DNA from: Vampirovibrionaceae bacterium NZW_1234
GTDB lineage: Bacteria; Cyanobacteriota; Vampirovibrionia; Vampirovibrionales; JAGQHJ01
DNA length: 64,000 bases
Reading direction: 5' to 3'
Assembly: GCA_041697335.1 (NCBI GenBank)
Contig: JBGUGD010000002.1
Span: 64,001 to 128,000, forward strand
The notes below the pieces were generated by a model, which was given only the letters and a program-made list of their open reading frames with translations, was not told where the DNA came from and ran no database searches. A program made the translations under genes and the position numbers. Positions 59,272 to 64,000 of this stretch are shown here, one piece after another. How positions within the stretch are numbered: position 1 is the stretch's first letter; each line of letters begins with the position of its first letter.

Positions 59272-62200
59272 ATGTTGAATGATTTTCTGGCGTCGACGTT
59301 GCCCTTGAAAACGGAAAAGCGGAGTCGGGATGGCGTGGTGGATCTGTCGATCCGCCCGAGAAAAGATTCTTCAACACTCGATTTATTAGCGCTGGGTATG
59401 GATTCCCCTATGGATGAAGCTGACACGGGCTTTTCCGGTGGTGGTATTCCCACTCTGCCGGAGGATAAACCGCGTACTTCACGTCGAGGTGTAATGCCCT
59501 GGGTGGCTCGTAATTATAATAATGCCTTGGTGTCGAATGGGCCGGTCATGTTTGTTAATAATGTTCCTGCCGATGACAAACCCCAGAAAACCAAGCCGCA
59601 AGTGCAACGGGAATTTCTGCAAAACATTTATCAGGTTATTGGTATCTGGAATCGGCGGATTGCTGCTCTTGAAAATCATATTGAGACAGTGATGCCTGGA
59701 AAAATTAAGGTAGCACAGGCCAGAGTAACTGAACTATCAAAAGATGCCGACTTTGTGGCGTTTCCTGCACGTATGAAAAAACTGCAGGACATTGATGAGC
59801 AGATTGCAGCTCTCATGGAAGAGGCCTCTGGGCTTCGAGAGAAACAGGTCACCGATGGCCTTGGGTCGGGTAAAAGTAAAAATCAGATCCGTCGCGAAGA
59901 GATTCAAAAAGAAGTTCTGGAGCTTCAGGTAAAGCGCCGTAAGCTTTGGCCAGATGTCATTAAAAGCCAACAGGCCATGATCAATGTTGAAAAAGCAAAA
60001 CAGGATGTTAAAGATTTGGAATCCCAGATTCCCTATTTTAAAAAGGATCTGGAGGTTTACAAGAAAGCCGTTGAGGAATTAGGTACAGCTGAAAAAGGCA
60101 AGCTCAAGCTCAAGGGTAATCCATTTAAGATGGATAAAGTGGATCAGGAGGTCCTGGATGTCATCAATAATTTTGCCAAGAACAGCAAACGCTATGATCC
60201 CAGTGAACTCCTTGAAGCCTTGGCTGGCAAAGGAATTCTGAGCGATTCTCACAATCTTTATGTTCGCTATCTGCGAGGAAGCACGATTTCAGATCGTGAT
60301 ATTGCGTTAAACGGTGTTCACGATCACAAACGGGCAGGTGAGCTGCGTATCCGTAGCTTGGAAGCCGATTTGAAAACCTTGCAGCGGCGTCAGGCTAATG
60401 ACGAAACAGATTTGGCGATTCCCAAGGGCATTAAAAAAGACGGCTCCATTCCCATGACGGAAGCTGAGCTAGAGGCACTTGAGGAGATGGCCAGTGTTTA
60501 TGTGAACTTGATTGCTCTCTATAAGTTCAATCCCATCCACGGCAGTATCCTGATGGCGGACTTGTGGGATATGAACAGCCGTATGATGAATGGGAACCCT
60601 TCAACCAATATGCTCAAGCTTTTTGGTGAAGCGGTGAAAGACTATGCCAAATCCGGTAAGGTCGTGGAAGATGCGGCCGAAGGATTCATTATGGGGTTGG
60701 TCTTTCGCGGTGCGGCTGCCGTTGTCGGCGGTCCTGTTGTGGCGGTTGTGGGTGCCATTATGATGGCGGTTATGGCGGGTGGCCTCCGTAACAAGCTTGA
60801 ATCCATTATCAATATGACCCGAAACGTGGATGACACGATTCTGGATGGCGATAGTGACGAGGTTAAAAAGAAGAAAAACGACCTCTTTACCCAACGCCAG
60901 GCCAAGGCTATGAAAGAGTTTATGCAGCACGATGTGATTCCGATTCTGCCGCAGTTGCTGGGTGGCCTGGGTGCCGGAAAGATTGGTGCCAAAGGAAAAA
61001 GCCCGGTTCTTGCCGATGCGAGCCGTCGTGCCAACTTTGCAGGCGAGAAAGCCAAAATTGCTCGGGGGCGGGCAACAGCGCTTGAGGCTGAGGCCGCTCG
61101 TGCAAAACGACTGGCTGATACCTCGAAAAGTCCGCAGGATATTGCTCGTGCCAACCGACTCGCTGAAATTGCCGAACGTCTGAAAAAGGCTGCCACGGAA
61201 GCAGAAACCAAGGCGGCGGATGCCAAGTCCAAGTTGCCGGAATTGGCGGAAGCTGTTAAAGAAGCTGAAAAGGCTACAAAAGAATATATGCGGGCCAAAA
61301 AATCGGGCAACAGGCCTGCCCTGGAAGCGGCTGAAGCCAAGCTGAAAGCGGCTATGGAAAAGGTGCAGCGTCTCCAGGATACGGTCGGCAGAAACAATAA
61401 AGTGCGGGCAATTGACGAAGCCCAACTTTCCGAGGGCAATATTGATATTCGTGCCAAAAACCAGAAACCGATGAGTTTATCCGAGGCGCCGCCCGATTCT
61501 CCGATGCGGACGGCCATGGAAAAAGCCGGTTTGTCTGAAGAGCAGGCCAAATTGATTGATCTCGAGTTTATTAGCTCAAACGAATCACCTTCATGCCAAA
61601 TGAAAAGTGATCGAATCAAAATCAAGCTGCCCAAGAACCCTGATGGAACGGTTCGGATTACGGATCTGGCGCATGAGCTGGCGGAAGCCAAAATGCGGCT
61701 TGAGGCTAAGACAAATCCCAAACTTGCGACGCAATTGGCTGAGGCTGAGCGCTTGGCGAAACGATACCAGGATGCTCAAAAAGCTTACCGGGAGGCCTTA
61801 GAAGAAGTGGGCAATCCAGAGGCTGTTCCTGAAAATATTCGTCAACAACTGGCGGAGGCTCGTTTTGCTTATGAAAACAGCCCCACGGAACTTCGGGCCA
61901 GAGCCGTCGAAATGGAGGCCTTGTCCAAACATGCTGAAAAATCATTTGATGCCACAGGGGGTGTCGATGAAAATCTACTCAACCTAACGGCCGAAGCCGG
62001 TGAGCAGGCTGCCAATTTAAAAACACGCCAACGGGCCATGGAACGATTCCGAGACGCCAGATCCGTTGAGGCTTTAGAAGCCGCTGAAGCCGAATTAACC
62101 AATGCCGGATACACGGATACGGAATTAGGGTTGCTCAGGACCTTAAAGGGCCTGCGCTCGGGTCTGATGTTCCCTGCCAATGCTACCGGGCCTCAAATTG

Positions 62201-62679
62201 CGTCTGCGCTAGGCGGTGAGTACGTAAAAACCGAATGGGGCGTTCACCAGATAAAAATGCCGGATGGCTCCTATCGTTTATATCCGGCATCCGAGGTGAC
62301 CGCAAGCAATCCGAAACGGGCGCCTAAATTGAAAACGGTCGATGCCAAAACCGCTAGTAATAGCGAAGCATTAGCCAAGGCTGCGAAGGATTGCCTGCGT
62401 GAAGCCTTGCCCACGGAGGCGGAGATCATCAGCTATTTGGAATCGCAAGGTTGGGAAGTCCGTGTGCATAGTGCGGGGAAGCATGGGAAGAACTATATTG
62501 CCACACGAGACGGTAAAACCAAGTATTTCTCCGTAGATAAAGGTAATCAGGGCAGTGGCGGTGATGCCGGTATTCCGCACCAGGGGACCAAGGGCGGAGT
62601 CGTTAAACTGTTTCCCGATGATTCGTATAATTTTGATAAACGCAAATATGGGACCGTTGATTTGGATCCGCTTAAATAA
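59272..62679 (+). CDS. Large coiled-coil polymorphic-toxin/effector-like protein with TM hairpin and C-terminal Ntox21-like domain
   Basis: Coiled coils; hydrophobic GFIMGLV...AGGL; AHELAE..ELRA; C-terminal KYFSVD..H..GGVVKLF..KYGTVDLD. Confidence 0.7.
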   Translation: MLNDFLASTLPLKTEKRSRDGVVDLSIRPRKDSSTLDLLALGMDSPMDEADTGFSGGGIPTLPEDKPRTSRRGVMPWVARNYNNALVSNGPVMFVNNVPADDKPQKTKPQVQREFLQNIYQVIGIWNRRIAALENHIETVMPGKIKVAQARVTELSKDADFVAFPARMKKLQDIDEQIAALMEEASGLREKQVTDGLGSGKSKNQIRREEIQKEVLELQVKRRKLWPDVIKSQQAMINVEKAKQDVKDLESQIPYFKKDLEVYKKAVEELGTAEKGKLKLKGNPFKMDKVDQEVLDVINNFAKNSKRYDPSELLEALAGKGILSDSHNLYVRYLRGSTISDRDIALNGVHDHKRAGELRIRSLEADLKTLQRRQANDETDLAIPKGIKKDGSIPMTEAELEALEEMASVYVNLIALYKFNPIHGSILMADLWDMNSRMMNGNPSTNMLKLFGEAVKDYAKSGKVVEDAAEGFIMGLVFRGAAAVVGGPVVAVVGAIMMAVMAGGLRNKLESIINMTRNVDDTILDGDSDEVKKKKNDLFTQRQAKAMKEFMQHDVIPILPQLLGGLGAGKIGAKGKSPVLADASRRANFAGEKAKIARGRATALEAEAARAKRLADTSKSPQDIARANRLAEIAERLKKAATEAETKAADAKSKLPELAEAVKEAEKATKEYMRAKKSGNRPALEAAEAKLKAAMEKVQRLQDTVGRNNKVRAIDEAQLSEGNIDIRAKNQKPMSLSEAPPDSPMRTAMEKAGLSEEQAKLIDLEFISSNESPSCQMKSDRIKIKLPKNPDGTVRITDLAHELAEAKMRLEAKTNPKLATQLAEAERLAKRYQDAQKAYREALEEVGNPEAVPENIRQQLAEARFAYENSPTELRARAVEMEALSKHAEKSFDATGGVDENLLNLTAEAGEQAANLKTRQRAMERFRDARSVEALEAAEAELTNAGYTDTELGLLRTLKGLRSGLMFPANATGPQIASALGGEYVKTEWGVHQIKMPDGSYRLYPASEVTASNPKRAPKLKTVDAKTASNSEALAKAAKDCLREALPTEAEIISYLESQGWEVRVHSAGKHGKNYIATRDGKTKYFSVDKGNQGSGGDAGIPHQGTKGGVVKLFPDDSYNFDKRKYGTVDLDPLK

Positions 62680-62705
62680 TTGAATTCCAGTGTTAAAGCG
62701 ATTCG

Positions 62706-63101
62706 CTAAAAGCTTTGTTCATGAAACTGATAGGGGACGTTTCGTTTGGCAAAGCGTTTGAATAAGTAGGCGTCGACTTTCTTGCTTAGTTCCAATTCTT
62801 TTGTGGTGTGGGTGGCTCCCACGGTGGTGTCGATGCCGGCCCAGTGGTTGTTGGGCTGGGCTTTAATGGGTGTGACCCGGATGCGAGCCTTGGGAAAACG
62901 TTTCATAATATCTCGAACAAGTGCTTTCAGTTTTTTCATCGACGATGGTGGCCACTCGATATAATCAAAGCCTGTATTGGTCATGACAATGCGTCTGTCG
63001 AGTTTACGCTGGTGATGCCGGATGGGAATCCCCAGGAAAAGCCCAGCGGAAAATCGGGGCGCCGAGGATGAGGAGTAGGAGAGGATTGGGCGGATGTTCA
63101 T
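62706..63101 (-). CDS. Hypothetical basic protein with APRFS leader
   Basis: MNIRPILSYSSSSAPRFSAG; 131 aa. Confidence 0.7.
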   Translation of the reverse strand: MNIRPILSYSSSSAPRFSAGLFLGIPIRHHQRKLDRRIVMTNTGFDYIEWPPSSMKKLKALVRDIMKRFPKARIRVTPIKAQPNNHWAGIDTTVGATHTTKELELSKKVDAYLFKRFAKRNVPYQFHEQSF

Positions 63102-63270
63102 GAAGAGCGGCCTATGTTGTCCCTTATTATCGAGCTAGCACAATAAAAGGCATCAACATCCAAAATTGCCTAAATGGCCTTGAACACGTGAAGCCGTGTT
63201 TACACACGGCTCTCTTATACCAAGGCGCGACACCAAGGCAAGCCCTTGCGCTCAACGGGTTTTGTGTTGC

Positions 63271-64000
63271 CTACACCATTTGGGATGGATCAAACAGGAC
63301 CTGCTGCCCCAAGGCTTGGGGAAGGGGCTTGTTCGGGTACAGGTGGCGAAAGGCCTTGGGTGAAATGACCCGCCCTCGGGGGGTGCGTTGAATCATCCCG
63401 GCCTGAAGCAGGAAGGGTTCATAGACGTCTTCCAGCGTGCGGATATCTTCCCCAATGGCGGCTGCCAGGGATTCAATCCCCACCGGGCCGCCGGAAAAAC
63501 TCTCGATGATCGTGTTCAGAAGCAGGCGATCGGTGGGATCGAGCCCCAATGGATCAATTTCAAACAGATCCAGTGCTTCTCGGGCGTTAGCAGCGTCGAT
63601 GACGTTGACCTTGTGGCGCACCTGAACAAAGTCTCTGACGCGGCGCAGCAGGCGGTTGGCAATTCGAGGGGTGCCCCGGCTGCGTTGGGCAATGGCCTCG
63701 GCGCCACCGCCATCAATCTCGATGTTGAGGATTTTGGCGGTGCGTTGGACGATTTGAATCAATTCTTCAGTGGTGTAGAAATTCAACCGGTAAACAATGC
63801 CGAACCGGTCCCGAAGCGGACTGGAAATGGAGCCCGCCTTGGTGGTGGCGCCCACCAAGGTAAAGCGAGGTAGTGGCACCCGCAAGGTCTTAGACATATG
63901 GCCCTTGCCCAGGGTTCGGTCCAGGGCAAAGTCTTCCATGGCGGGATACAGAATCTCCTCGGTAACTTTGTTCAGGCGGTGAATTTCGTCAATAAAAATA
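63271..64000 (-). CDS. ruvB: Holliday junction helicase RuvB (3' part; starts outside the window)
   Basis: [62 protein letters not shown]. Confidence 0.98.
   Translation of the reverse strand, partial: IFIDEIHRLNKVTEEILYPAMEDFALDRTLGKGHMSKTLRVPLPRFTLVGATTKAGSISSPLRDRFGIVYRLNFYTTEELIQIVQRTAKILNIEIDGGGAEAIAQRSRGTPRIANRLLRRVRDFVQVRHKVNVIDAANAREALDLFEIDPLGLDPTDRLLLNTIIESFSGGPVGIESLAAAIGEDIRTLEDVYEPFLLQAGMIQRTPRGRVISPKAFRHLYPNKPLPQALGQQVLFDPSQMV

Noticed and set aside
60601..61721. 274-aa and 359-aa minus-strand ORFs
   Set aside because: Shadows of the Ala/Glu/Lys-rich coiled coil on the plus strand.

Overview
A 64-kb bacterial chromosome window. The most likely source is a non-photosynthetic cyanobacterial relative (Vampirovibrionia/Melainabacteria, Vampirovibrio-like). 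This is an inference from the cyanobacteria-type GatB insertion, a cyanobacteria-type short DprA-like gene, the absence of photosynthesis genes and many orphan proteins with F-G leaders. Housekeeping genes (gatB, pgk, rsmB, pcrA, accD, accA, ruvB, tRNA-Ala(UGC), tRNA-Arg(CCU)) alternate with accessory genes. Main observations: (1) At least 7 unrelated proteins share a disordered N-terminal leader ending in (P/Q/S/V)-x-F-(G/S/A), a candidate undescribed export signal. (2) A clear lysine riboswitch sits upstream of a 645-aa orphan membrane protein that carries this leader. (3) Three tandem GT4 glycosyltransferase paralogues converge on an ~890-aa S/T/Y/W-rich protein built from 28/35/28-aa repeat blocks. 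(4) Two effector-like proteins have hydrophobic translocation-type segments and C-terminal toxin-like domains (RelA/SpoT-synthetase-like and Ntox21-RNase-like), with no evident immunity genes. (5) Also present: an ethylene-receptor-type histidine kinase, two TpsB transporters with one atypical TpsA, a QGFG-repeat protein and candidate sRNAs. No CRISPR array, transposase or integrase was seen. All family assignments come from motif recognition by eye, not from database searches.
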